Assembly: GCA_051382295.1 (NCBI GenBank)
Contig: JBBCAW010000086.1
Location: 1 to 28,425, forward strand
Length of the DNA stretch: 28,425 nucleotides
Origin: Bdellovibrionota bacterium FG-1
GTDB lineage: Bacteria; Bdellovibrionota; UBA1018
Reading direction: 5' to 3'
Part shown: positions 19,012 through 27,490 of the stretch, one piece after another
Numbering within the stretch: the first letter of the stretch is position 1
Layout of the letters: each line of letters opens with the position of its first letter
Position numbers and translations under genes: made by a program
Notes under the pieces: generated by a model
The model's database searches: none
What the model saw: the letters and a program-made list of their open reading frames with translations, nothing else
Told to the model about the DNA's origin: nothing

Positions 19012-19882
19012 GTTCCTGTGCCTTCGCCTGTTCCCAAAATCGATCCATTTCAGGGAGGTCGGATTGGTCCGGGGTTTTCCCCATTTCCTTGAGTTTCTTT
19101 TCAACAAACCGAAAGCGGCTCTCAAATTTTCGAAGAGTGGCGCGGAGGGCGTCCTCGGGGTTGATCTTCATGAGAGAGGCAACGTTGGCTAAGGTAAAAA
19201 GTAGATCGCCTACTTCTCCTTCGAGTTTTTTGCGGGCGGCTAGGACATCCCCCTCTTTGGCATTGCGGCTGAGTGATTCCAGAGCCAGGACTTCGTCCTT
19301 CATTTCACGCAGCTCTTCGTCGAGTTTTGCCAGCGGCCCGTGCATGTCATTCCACTGAAAGCCGACTTTGGTGACTTTTTCGATGATTCGCGCGGCTTTT
19401 TGCAGGGCCGGCAGGCCTTTGGGCACCCCTTCCAAAACGCTCGACTCGGGCTTATGCGCTTTTTCCTGCGCTTTTTGCTTTTCCCAGTTTTTAAGAACGT
19501 CATCAGGGGAGTGAACCTGATTTTGCTCCGTTTTTGCAAAAACATGGGGGTGCCGGCGAATCAACTTTTCATCGAGTGTCGCGGCCACGTCCAAAAAGTT
19601 AAAGGCTCCGGCTTCGCTTGCTAATTCGGAGTGCAGCAGAATCTGCATGAGCAAATCCCCGAGTTCTTCGCGAAAAGCGGTTTGGATGGGCTCGCGCTTG
19701 AGGTCTTCGGGTGTGGCTAGTTGGTCCAAAACATCCAAGACTTCATGGGCTTCTTCGATCAGGTATTGCCTGAGTGACTGGTGGGTTTGGACGCGGTCCC
19801 AGGGGCAGCCATCGGGAGCCCGCAGTTGCCGAACGGTACCGATCAGGTGAGCTAAGATCTCGAGTTGAGTTGACTGTGTCAT
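18995..19882 (-). CDS. mazG: Nucleoside triphosphate pyrophosphohydrolase
   Basis: LRAPDGCPWDRVQT, EEAHEV, EELGDLL, KLIRRHPHVF, and a second domain EVGDLLF. Confidence 0.95.
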   Translation of the reverse strand: MTQSTQLEILAHLIGTVRQLRAPDGCPWDRVQTHQSLRQYLIEEAHEVLDVLDQLATPEDLKREPIQTAFREELGDLLMQILLHSELASEAGAFNFLDVAATLDEKLIRRHPHVFAKTEQNQVHSPDDVLKNWEKQKAQEKAHKPESSVLEGVPKGLPALQKAARIIEKVTKVGFQWNDMHGPLAKLDEELREMKDEVLALESLSRNAKEGDVLAARKKLEGEVGDLLFTLANVASLMKINPEDALRATLRKFESRFRFVEKKLKEMGKTPDQSDLPEMDRFWEQAKAQERDSKS

Positions 19883-19903
19883 AACCCTCGTCCATAACAC
19901 GAA

Positions 19904-20362
19904 ATGATGAAAACCGACATGCAGAGGCTGGCAAACCGGAAACTTCAGGCGATTCTCAAAGCGGCTTGGGCGATGCCAAGTTTGCGGCGTCGGGCTCGCC
20001 TAGGGAGGGGCGTGGTGGAGTGGGGCGCCACGGTTCAGCTCGTGGGTACTGTGGCGATGAGTCGCTTGAATGCTCAATATCGGCAAAAGGCTTATGCGAC
20101 GGATGTGCTGAGTTTTCGGTCTCCTGACGTCTTTTTTCAGCAGGGGCAGCTGGGTGAACTCGTGGTTTGCGCGCCCGTTTTGCGGCGTCAGGCCGGCGAA
20201 CGGGAGCATTCGGAGCAAAAGGAGTTAGCGGTTTTGCTCGTTCATGGCGTGCTTCATTTGCTGGGTTTTGATCACGAATTGGGTGCGCGGGAGGCTCGGG
20301 CGATGGCTCGTTGGGAGGCTCGTCTGCTGAAGGGTAAGCGGGGACTTATTCAGCTGGCCTGA
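19904..20362 (+). CDS. ybeY: rRNA maturation endoribonuclease YbeY
   Basis: LNAQYRQK..ATDVLSF, GELVVC, HGVLHLLGFDH. Confidence 0.92.
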   Translation: MMKTDMQRLANRKLQAILKAAWAMPSLRRRARLGRGVVEWGATVQLVGTVAMSRLNAQYRQKAYATDVLSFRSPDVFFQQGQLGELVVCAPVLRRQAGEREHSEQKELAVLLVHGVLHLLGFDHELGAREARAMARWEARLLKGKRGLIQLA

Positions 20363-20405
20363 GGTGGGTTGACCCCCAGGGCAATTCAGGTTAATGAAGT
20401 CAGCT

Positions 20406-21546
20406 ATGACATTAGCTCCTCATGAAATCCGCGAGCAACTCGCTTCGATGAAGCATAAACTCGACTTCCTACGGGGGTCGCTTTGACCTCGCTGCAAAAA
20501 CCCGTCGAATTGAAGAGCTGAGTCATCTTTCTACCCTTCCTGAATTTTGGAGCGACAATCGTCAAGCGCGAGAAATGACGACTGAAAAGTCACGTCTTGA
20601 AGACGAAGTGAATCAATACAATGATTTAAGTCGTAGCTATGCCGATGTCGAGACGTTGTTTGAGCTCTCGCAAGAAGAAAAAGACGATTCTGCGATGGCC
20701 GAGGTGTCGGGGTTGGTTTCGGAACTCTCGCAAAAGTTTGAAAAAGCAGAGTTTCGTAAAATGCTCTCTGAGGATCATGATTCGCGAAATGCGATTGTGA
20801 CGATCAATGCCGGGGCCGGGGGGACTGAGTCCCAAGACTGGGCGCAGATGTTGTTGCGCATGTACCAGCGTTGGGGTCAAGACAAGGGATTTAAGGTGGA
20901 GTTGATGGATGCGCTGGCCGGTGAAGAGGCTGGGATTAAAAACGCCACGTTGACGATCACCGGGCCTTTTGCCTACGGACAGCTTAAATCTGAGGCTGGT
21001 GTGCATCGTTTGGTTCGAATTTCGCCGTTTGATTCGAATGCACGGCGTCATACTTCTTTCACCTCAGTTTATGTGACTCCCGAAGTGGATGATGACTTTG
21101 AGGTGGTGATTAACCCCGCTGACTTGCGCGTGGACGTTTTTAGATCCGGCGGCAAGGGGGGGCAGGGCGTGAATACCACGGATTCGGCCGTCCGACTGAC
21201 CCATTATCCTTCGGGACTGGTGGTTGCCTGTCAGCAAGAACGTTCGCAAATTAAGAATAAAGCCTTAGCCATGAAGGTTCTGAAGTCGCGCCTCTATGAG
21301 CGACATCTCGAAGAGGAGCATAAAAAGCAGCAAGCGGTCGAGGAGACTAAAAAGGATATTGCCTGGGGCAGTCAAATTCGTTCCTACGTCCTGCATCCTT
21401 ACAAAATGGTGAAGGATCATCGGACGGGGTTTACCGTTCCGGTGGCGGATAAAGTGTTGGATGGGGAGTTGGATGGCTTTATGAAGGCTTATCTTACTTG
21501 CCGCATCACGGGCGAGTGGGCTCGGGGTGGAAGCGACGAAGTCTAA
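20406..21546 (+). CDS. prfB: Peptide chain release factor 2 (programmed +1 frameshift at codon 26)
   Basis: SPF and GGQ motifs. The frame from ATG 20406 (MTLAPHEIREQ…FLRGSL) ends at CTT-TGA-C (20481-87); GAC at 20485 is in frame with the 20575-21546 ORF. Confidence 0.97.
20473..20487 (+). promoter_or_regulatory. RF2 autoregulatory frameshift signal
   Basis: Internal SD-like GGGGG, 3-nt spacer, then CTTTGAC. Confidence 0.93.
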
Positions 21547-21611
21547 AAATAGGGCAGGATTTGTTGACAAGCCCTTAGCCCTGAATTATGCATGTTCACA
21601 CATCTGTTTGC

Positions 21612-21688
21612 GGGGGCGTAGTTGAGTTGGTTACAACGTCGCCCTGTCACGGCGAAGGTCGTGGGTTCGAGTCCCATCGCTCCCGCCA
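21612..21688 (+). tRNA. tRNA-Asp (GTC)
   Basis: Acceptor stem GGGGGCG/CGCTCCC, anticodon arm TCGCC-CTGTCAC-GGCGA, GGTTCGAGTCC T-arm, encoded CCA; TTGACA at 21564 upstream. Confidence 0.97.
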
Positions 21689-22047
21689 TTTAGATGCACA
21701 TCCGTACTTTGTTTCCTCCCATCGATCCGTGACAAGCTGGGGGGACAAGGTTCCCCAAAAATCACCAATTCAATCCGGTTGTCCTTATAAATAATGATCT
21801 TTTTGACGATTTTTTCGATCAGGTTACGCTGCTCCGTGCCCGTGAGTTGATCGAAGCGGTCGCGGAACCGAGTGACGGCGTCCTCAAGTCGTTCCAGCCC
21901 TGATCGGCGCATAATTTCATCCCTGTAACGTTCAGTCGCATCCAGCTCGGCGGTTTTTTGTTCCTTATTTTGCAGGAGATGTTTGACCTGCTCCTCAAGC
22001 CAAACCATGAACCCTGCTCGGTCCCTGCCATCGTATTCAGTAACCTG
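21631..22047 (-). pseudogene. C-terminal remnant of a large serine recombinase/integrase
   Basis: Coiled coil followed by EQRNLIEKIVKKIIIYKDNRIELVI, typical of LSR C-termini. The frame runs through the tRNA antisense and is cut at 22047 by the IS110 end. Confidence 0.7.
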
Positions 22048-22051
22048 TTAT

Positions 22052-22391
22052 GTGAAAAATCAAGCAAGGACGCCCTCAACTGACTTTTTTTGTGTGTTGA
22101 AATTCAAATAGTTAAAATTTACGATCTTTTTCCTTCCTTCTTCTGCTTCGATAAATTTAGCTGAACGACCTGTTATTCGTGGTCAGGGCCTTGGCTCCGC
22201 CACCAGTTGCGAAATTCGCTGTCTAAAAATTTGGCGCCGCGCCTCACACTGCCCAACGTGACGAAGATATTTTCTTCTCACCAGGTAACCACCGAGGTCA
22301 CGGCCGTAGCTTTTAGTTCATACTTTGTTATCGAGGCAACACTGACTGTAGACGATGAATGGGTTTTTAGGCTGGTTTTTCTTTTTTTGAC
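22052..22391 (-). ncRNA. Candidate IS110/IS1111 bridge (seek) RNA region
   Basis: Lies downstream of the transposase and contains several stems (CGTGAC/GTCACG, GAAGA/TCTTC, CGCCA/TGGCG, GCGAA/TTCGC). A hairpin loop ATAACAGG matches the element junction. Exact RNA ends unknown. Confidence 0.55.
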
Positions 22392-22592
22392 TCACATGCA
22401 AACCCCCAATTGATAGGTCACTTCCTGCCTAAAACAGGCTCGAATTCGGCCAATTAGTTTTCTGGCAATCGCGATAATTGCCCTCTTCTTGCCGCGCTTC
22501 ACTGCAATCCTCTCGAAGATTGCCTTGAGTGCATCGTCCTTTTTGATCGCAAACCAGGAGGCTTCCACTAAAATTTTCCTAATTCTGGTCGA
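22392..22592 (-). pseudogene. IS110-family transposase C-terminal fragment
   Basis: STRIRKILVEASWFAIKKDDALKAIFERIAVKRGKKRAIIAIARKLIGRIRACF matches the IS110 C-terminal helices (R..LVEAAW…GKK.AI.A.ARKL). Confidence 0.85.
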
Positions 22593-22812
22593 TTGGAGCA
22601 ACGGGGTTACGCCATCGGATATTCCAGCAATCGGCAAGTTTTGTAAAAAAATGGGCATAGATTTTAGCTGGCTTATGCTTGGCGAAAGCGCAAAAGTCAG
22701 CCCGTTCGATGTCCCGCTTGAAGCCATATTTGACGAACAGGACGCTGGTTTCGAGGGGGTTTATAAGATCAAGGCGGTCCGGTTGGTTCGTAAGATTGGA
22801 GAAAAGAAATGA
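22585..22812 (+). pseudogene. 5'-truncated XRE/HTH phage-type repressor
   Basis: LVDWSNGVTPSDIPAIGKFCKKMGIDFSWLMLGE is the second half of an XRE HTH; the N-terminus is replaced by IS110 sequence. Confidence 0.65.
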
Positions 22813-23198
22813 GCAAATTTGTTGTAACCGGACTGGTACTTGCTCTGACCTCTACAGGTGTGGCAGGGGCTGAGGAAGGGAACTGGAATTTCTCCGCGCA
22901 GTTTAAGAGTGACTATGTTTCGGCGGTGCTCGAAGCGAAGAGAGAAGCAGAGAGCGGTTCGTCATCGTTGAAGAAAAAGGCGAAGCCGTTATGCCCAGAC
23001 CTAAATCTGCTCCTTAAAGATTCAAAACAGCCGGTTCAAGATTTAGTTCCGATAGAGGCCGCGATTTGTAAAGACGCCCTTGAGGCTCAGAATATCCCGT
23101 GTGTTTGCGGAGGATTTACTGGCATTGGTGCTGCGCGAGCGTTACTTCGATCAAAACTGAATGAAGTCTGTAAGTGGAAAGCAAAGGTTCAAGGATGA
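22809..23198 (+). CDS. Secreted Cys-containing hypothetical protein
   Basis: Signal peptide MSKFVVTGLVLALTSTGVAGA; ATGA overlap with the XRE stop. Confidence 0.75.
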   Translation: MSKFVVTGLVLALTSTGVAGAEEGNWNFSAQFKSDYVSAVLEAKREAESGSSSLKKKAKPLCPDLNLLLKDSKQPVQDLVPIEAAICKDALEAQNIPCVCGGFTGIGAARALLRSKLNEVCKWKAKVQG

Positions 23199-24229
23199 AG
23201 CACATGAGAAAGATTGCCGCGACGTTATTACTTCTGGTTGCTTTTGGTTGTAGCACCATGTTCGTAACCCATTCACCTGAGGAAAATACGGAATCATTGC
23301 GAAAGCTAGTTACGAGTGGGAACCGCGCAGAAATCGAAAAGTATCTCAAGGATAATCAAAGTTATATTGATCGTAGCTGTGGAGCGTCTTGTGGTGTTGC
23401 AGTTCAGTTGACGAACAATATTTCCTATGGAAGTGATGAGTTCCTAAATGAGTATGATCGAAACATACGCTCAGTTGAACAAAGCCTTGAAACCTGCGGT
23501 AAATATAAAGGTTCGATCACCGAGGAGTATCTTAACTGCCTCCTTAAAGTTGAACTCGGAAAAATAGGGGATCAAAACTACTTCGCCCGAACCTGTGCCT
23601 TGGAAGGTAAAGTCGAATCTGGTGGAGGATGCCAAGTGATCAAAGCCCGCGTAGAGGGAACCAGTAGTTACAAATACGACCTCCAATATGAGGGTCAGAT
23701 CGCTCAACAAGCGTGGTTGTCCAATGCGCTCAAAGGTAAATACCTAGATGCGATCAAGGTAGCGGTCAATAATGCTAATGCTGCGTCAAATCAGCGCGGG
23801 GTTGATGACAAGAAGGCGAATGATGAATGGGAATATAATCAGAAGGAGTGTCGGAAGGCTGGTTTGAGTCGTGCCGTATATGCCCAGATTCGAGTCGAGC
23901 AAAAAATTTCTGCTGAGGCAATGGAGGCCAGACTGATAGCCGTAAATGGGTATGTTTGTGGTGAAATGCAGGAAATCACAAAAGTGCTGCCAAAGGTATT
24001 CGTACTACTTGGTGCCTCTACGGTGAAACAGGATAATTGCGCGACAGTTTACATGAATCATGCCGGATTTTTGCGGCAAACCAATAGACAAGGTTTCGCG
24101 GTTGAAGCGCCTACTTGGAAAGTGCTTTCGCCAGCGGAGGTGAAGCTGATTCCAGCAAGTGCCAGGAAAAGCAGGGCGGGAACCCTGTTAGAGTCGTCTG
24201 AATGGAGCTATTGTCAGCCTTTCCCGTAA
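23195..24229 (+). CDS. Cys-rich lipoprotein
   Basis: Lipobox VAFG-C after MKHMRKIAATLLLL; ATGA overlap with the upstream gene. Confidence 0.8.
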   Translation: MKHMRKIAATLLLLVAFGCSTMFVTHSPEENTESLRKLVTSGNRAEIEKYLKDNQSYIDRSCGASCGVAVQLTNNISYGSDEFLNEYDRNIRSVEQSLETCGKYKGSITEEYLNCLLKVELGKIGDQNYFARTCALEGKVESGGGCQVIKARVEGTSSYKYDLQYEGQIAQQAWLSNALKGKYLDAIKVAVNNANAASNQRGVDDKKANDEWEYNQKECRKAGLSRAVYAQIRVEQKISAEAMEARLIAVNGYVCGEMQEITKVLPKVFVLLGASTVKQDNCATVYMNHAGFLRQTNRQGFAVEAPTWKVLSPAEVKLIPASARKSRAGTLLESSEWSYCQPFP

Positions 24230-24255
24230 CACAGTAGGAGAATTGGACTCGATTG

Positions 24256-24678
24256 TTATTCGGAGATGAGGAGTCCAGAGCGGTGGTCCTCATATACTGC
24301 CTTTCGCAAATCAGAGTCACCCACAGCCGTCAACGCTTTCACCAGCGCACATAATTCTTGTGTGCTGTACCGAATGGCACGTTTTGGAATTTTGCCCTCA
24401 TAAAAGGCACGATGGTCGAGAAAACCGTCTTGAATGATCGCGTATAGTTTTCCACCGATTCCTTTATCCCGAATGGCACCGTTTTCGACATGTGCCTTGA
24501 TGACCGCTTCTCTTTTTGCACTCCATGCTCGCTGTCGCTGGATGCCCCAACACTCAGCCGATGACCACCGCTCCACGGTCGCCTTGCCGATGCCGAGTTC
24601 GCTGGTAATGCGCCGGAGGCTCCATCCCTTTTCAACATAGAGGGCAAAAGCGTGATGCTTGGTGTCTGCCATCGTCAT
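24256..24678 (-). CDS. HTH protein, phage terminase-small-subunit/gpP-N-terminal-like
   Basis: AFALYVEKGWSLRRITSELGIGKATVERWSSAECW; extended -10 TGATAAAAT 6 nt before the ATG. Confidence 0.65.
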   Translation of the reverse strand: MTMADTKHHAFALYVEKGWSLRRITSELGIGKATVERWSSAECWGIQRQRAWSAKREAVIKAHVENGAIRDKGIGGKLYAIIQDGFLDHRAFYEGKIPKRAIRYSTQELCALVKALTAVGDSDLRKAVYEDHRSGLLISE

Positions 24679-24855
24679 GCTATCATTTTATCAACAACGG
24701 GCACCTATGGCGAGCTTTGGGTCGTGTAGGAACACGGGAATTTAGCAACTGATGTGTACGAACAGTACCATCCTTTCTAATGATCGCGAGCCTTTGCAAA
24801 TGCACCGCCTGTATGATCGTTTGTTGCTCTTGATTGCTCTGTCCAAGTAAATATT

Positions 24856-27354
24856 TTATGCTGCAAGCAATGTTTCCAGGTCAAGCCAAGTTGGTGCTTC
24901 TTTAACTTTCTTTGTCAAAAATGCAAGGTTCTCGAAAGACTCCGACTTCGATGGATCAAACGCGACTATTTTTACTTTCCGTTTTAAATCATTTCCAATC
25001 GCCTGGAACGTCAGCTTAGTTGCCATCTTGTTTCTTAGTTCTTCGAGGCGTGATCCTATCATAATTACAAATTGAACATCGAGATTCTTTTGCCTCAATA
25101 GCGGTGCAACTCGTTCAAATGCGTCGATAAAATTCGTGGTCGTTTCCACCTCAATACAGTAGATCGTGCTAACAAGTTCGCTTTCTTTTTTGTCAGTCCA
25201 TGCGATCAGGTCAATATTGGTAATTCTTTTTAAATCCTGCTTTGAAATTCCAGTTGTTTCACATTTATTCAGGAAATTAAAAATAGAACCCATTGATTTG
25301 CTTAAACCACGAAAAATTCCATCCGACTGTTCTGGCTTTCCAACGGCAAGACTAAACCCCTTTCTCTGAAGTGCCTTGCCACAGTGAAGAATGATGCGAT
25401 TGTGAATGGTCGATTTTCCGCGCATAACTTCCTGTTTCGCTTCCCAAAGACCACCTTTTTTTGGACTGGCAAATTTCTTTAATGCGGTCGTAATGCTAGA
25501 TGAATCAGGTGTTAGGGAATTGGGATATTCTTTTAGCAGCTCGGTCCAGATGTCAGTATAGGTCACCACTCTGGAAGCTGTGAGCATCTCTCTCACCGTT
25601 TTTTCGACTCGAAGTGAAAGTGGGGTTCCTTCATATTCAGAGCCTTTTTTGAAGGCTACAAGGCCCTCTTTATCTACTTTGAAACGATCAGATTTCTTGA
25701 TTATCTTCTCAACGTCATTCTCAAGGGCTGATTCATCATCAAAGAAGCCCGACTTAAAGAGTTCCCGCTCACACTCAGCCGTTATGACGTTAATCGGGGT
25801 CGCCTCGCCTCTGTGTTTCAACATGTAAACTGTACGTTCATTGACAATAGATTCTAGCGACTGGGTTCTTGATCGCGCTGGGACAGTGGCTGACTTAGGT
25901 TTGAAAAACCGGAAGATGAAATCGCCAAAGACAGAGCCAAACGGCTGTTCGATAGCCTTCTTGCTGGTGCGCACTGATTGCTGAAAGTGTAGCTTTTCAA
26001 AATCTAGGCCAGCAAGTCGTGCAGCTCTTAAGGTCAAATTTCTATATTTAACTTTAGGTGAAGAATAGGTGACGTGAATATAGGACTCAGGGGATACCGC
26101 GTCGGCAATTTGAGAAAATGCCGCCCTTAGGTGCTGGTAATAATCAGGAAGCTTTTTATGCTGGCCCTTGTTTTCAGTTAATTCACTGGCTTCAATGTTA
26201 CCAAGATATGTTTTATTATCCATGTCGCTCCTCCATGCGTTCCACATGAAAGAAAGCTCGCCATATTGAATCATGCCGTTGTATGGAGGATCGGTAAAAA
26301 CGTAATCGGCTTTCTTCTTTGAGTTCGCTATCGCCCTAAGAAAAGAAGCGCAATCCTGGGTGGTGAACAAGATATCGGCCTTTCCGGACAATACCTCATC
26401 AATAGTTCTAGCAATTTTAACAGGGGTCTTTCTTATTGAACTCCAATCCGTGATGACAGCCAAGTATTCAGTGAGCTTGCGATCAAAAGCACCCCAGACA
26501 TTGATTTCTACGGGGTTTTTGGCAAACCAAAAGCTGTGCTGAGTCCAACCTGCACTAAGTGGTCGAACCCTCCTATCGCCAGAAACTCGGCTGCAAAGAT
26601 GAACAAAAGAACGAAAGAGAGTCTGTAAAATGCGCTTTTCAGACGACTTCCAGTCGCGATTTTCGATTACATCCCATATGTAAGCTAAGGCAAGGAGATT
26701 TCTTGGTGTGAAAAGATCGCGATAGAATTGATATTTTTCTCTTTTATTAAATGGTTCGCCATTAGCGTATTCTAGTTTTGTGTCAGGCCACCAGATGCCT
26801 TCATTATCCAACTGCCGTTCGAAGCGGTTATAATAGCTCGACTCGTCTATTTTTTCCCGTATTAGGCCGTCGCGACATTTACAGTTATACCGAAGCTCGA
26901 TTGGTTCAACTTTGTTATTACTGATTACGTTGACCGAGGTTGCAAGAATTTGAACCTTACCTTCACAGTGCTTGCACTTGTGGCTGTAAAGGGCTTGAAC
27001 TTTGTCTCGTGTCAATTCTCTGGCTTTTAATGCCAGTTTTGTGAAGTCATCAAGGTTAAGTGGGTTGATCGTTGCATTGATAATGTCTGCACTCATGGGA
27101 TTGAGGTCGCAAACCAATGCCCTACGTCCTGCTCTGAGGGCTTCGATCGCGGTAATGCCTGAGCCTACAAAGGGATCAAGTACCACACCATTCGGTGGAC
27201 AGTAATTTTCAATGAACTCCCGAACTACATTGTGAGGTTTTCGTCCCCAATATTTTTGCCATTGATAGATTGCCGAGTTCCCATCGGGCGGAATGGCAAA
27301 TTCAATATGTCGAAATTGTTCATCTGCGCTTGCTGGTTTCGCCCTGGTGGTCAT
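24856..27354 (-). CDS. Amino-DNA-methyltransferase (motif I then DPPY, Zn-ribbon insert) fused to a C-terminal PD-(D/E)XK-like nuclease domain
   Basis: YWGRKP, VLDPFVGSG, CKHC…CKC, FTDPPY and C-terminal NIDLIAW…IEVETTT. GGAG SD before ATG 27354; the ORF track starts at 27390. Confidence 0.85.
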   Translation of the reverse strand: MTTRAKPASADEQFRHIEFAIPPDGNSAIYQWQKYWGRKPHNVVREFIENYCPPNGVVLDPFVGSGITAIEALRAGRRALVCDLNPMSADIINATINPLNLDDFTKLALKARELTRDKVQALYSHKCKHCEGKVQILATSVNVISNNKVEPIELRYNCKCRDGLIREKIDESSYYNRFERQLDNEGIWWPDTKLEYANGEPFNKREKYQFYRDLFTPRNLLALAYIWDVIENRDWKSSEKRILQTLFRSFVHLCSRVSGDRRVRPLSAGWTQHSFWFAKNPVEINVWGAFDRKLTEYLAVITDWSSIRKTPVKIARTIDEVLSGKADILFTTQDCASFLRAIANSKKKADYVFTDPPYNGMIQYGELSFMWNAWRSDMDNKTYLGNIEASELTENKGQHKKLPDYYQHLRAAFSQIADAVSPESYIHVTYSSPKVKYRNLTLRAARLAGLDFEKLHFQQSVRTSKKAIEQPFGSVFGDFIFRFFKPKSATVPARSRTQSLESIVNERTVYMLKHRGEATPINVITAECERELFKSGFFDDESALENDVEKIIKKSDRFKVDKEGLVAFKKGSEYEGTPLSLRVEKTVREMLTASRVVTYTDIWTELLKEYPNSLTPDSSSITTALKKFASPKKGGLWEAKQEVMRGKSTIHNRIILHCGKALQRKGFSLAVGKPEQSDGIFRGLSKSMGSIFNFLNKCETTGISKQDLKRITNIDLIAWTDKKESELVSTIYCIEVETTTNFIDAFERVAPLLRQKNLDVQFVIMIGSRLEELRNKMATKLTFQAIGNDLKRKVKIVAFDPSKSESFENLAFLTKKVKEAPTWLDLETLLAA

Positions 27355-27490
27355 TGTTGCTCCCGATGAGGTGGTTTGACAAACTCTCATCGGCTCGCAA
27401 CCGTTTCTTATTTAGTTGTTTCGGCACCTTGCAGCCTTTGAGCGGGAAGTGGTAGTCGATCGCCTTATCGAACTGCGGATTTGAGGGCAT
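27320..27490 (-). CDS. Possible 56-aa leader ORF overlapping the methyltransferase start
   Basis: MPSNPQFDKAIDYHFPLKGCKVPKQLNKKRLRADESLSNHLIGSNNDHQGETSKRR*, preceded by TG-C-TATCAC-6 nt-ATG. Confidence 0.3.
   Translation of the reverse strand: MPSNPQFDKAIDYHFPLKGCKVPKQLNKKRLRADESLSNHLIGSNNDHQGETSKRR
27363..27393. promoter_or_regulatory. Inverted repeat/hairpin abutting the methyltransferase SD
   Basis: CCGATGAG(27363-70)…CTCATCGG(27386-93) with an inner GTTT-GAC-AAAC stem. Confidence 0.55.

Larger units (their letters stand above)
22043..22592 (-). mobile_element. IS110-family element, right-hand remnant (transposase 3' stub plus long non-coding right end)
   Basis: Transposase stub followed by about 340 bp of non-coding DNA ending …CTTGCTTGATTTTTCACATAACAGGT with outward -35-like hexamers. 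Confidence 0.75.

Noticed and set aside
19012..19125. N-terminal extension of CoaE
   Set aside because: It overlaps mazG in another frame; the GTG at 19011 fits the family length.
17813..19900. mazEFG-like TA-MazG abortive-infection module
   Set aside because: mazG is the two-domain housekeeping type on the opposite strand, coupled to coaE, and the toxin is PIN rather than MazF.
21588..21794. 68-aa plus-strand ORF
   Set aside because: It is a translation of the tRNA-Asp gene and the antisense of the recombinase stub.
22392..22812. ORF-track proteins 22392-22727(-) and 22489-22812(+) as complete genes
   Set aside because: Each is half real and half the antisense of the other, fused across the truncation junction.
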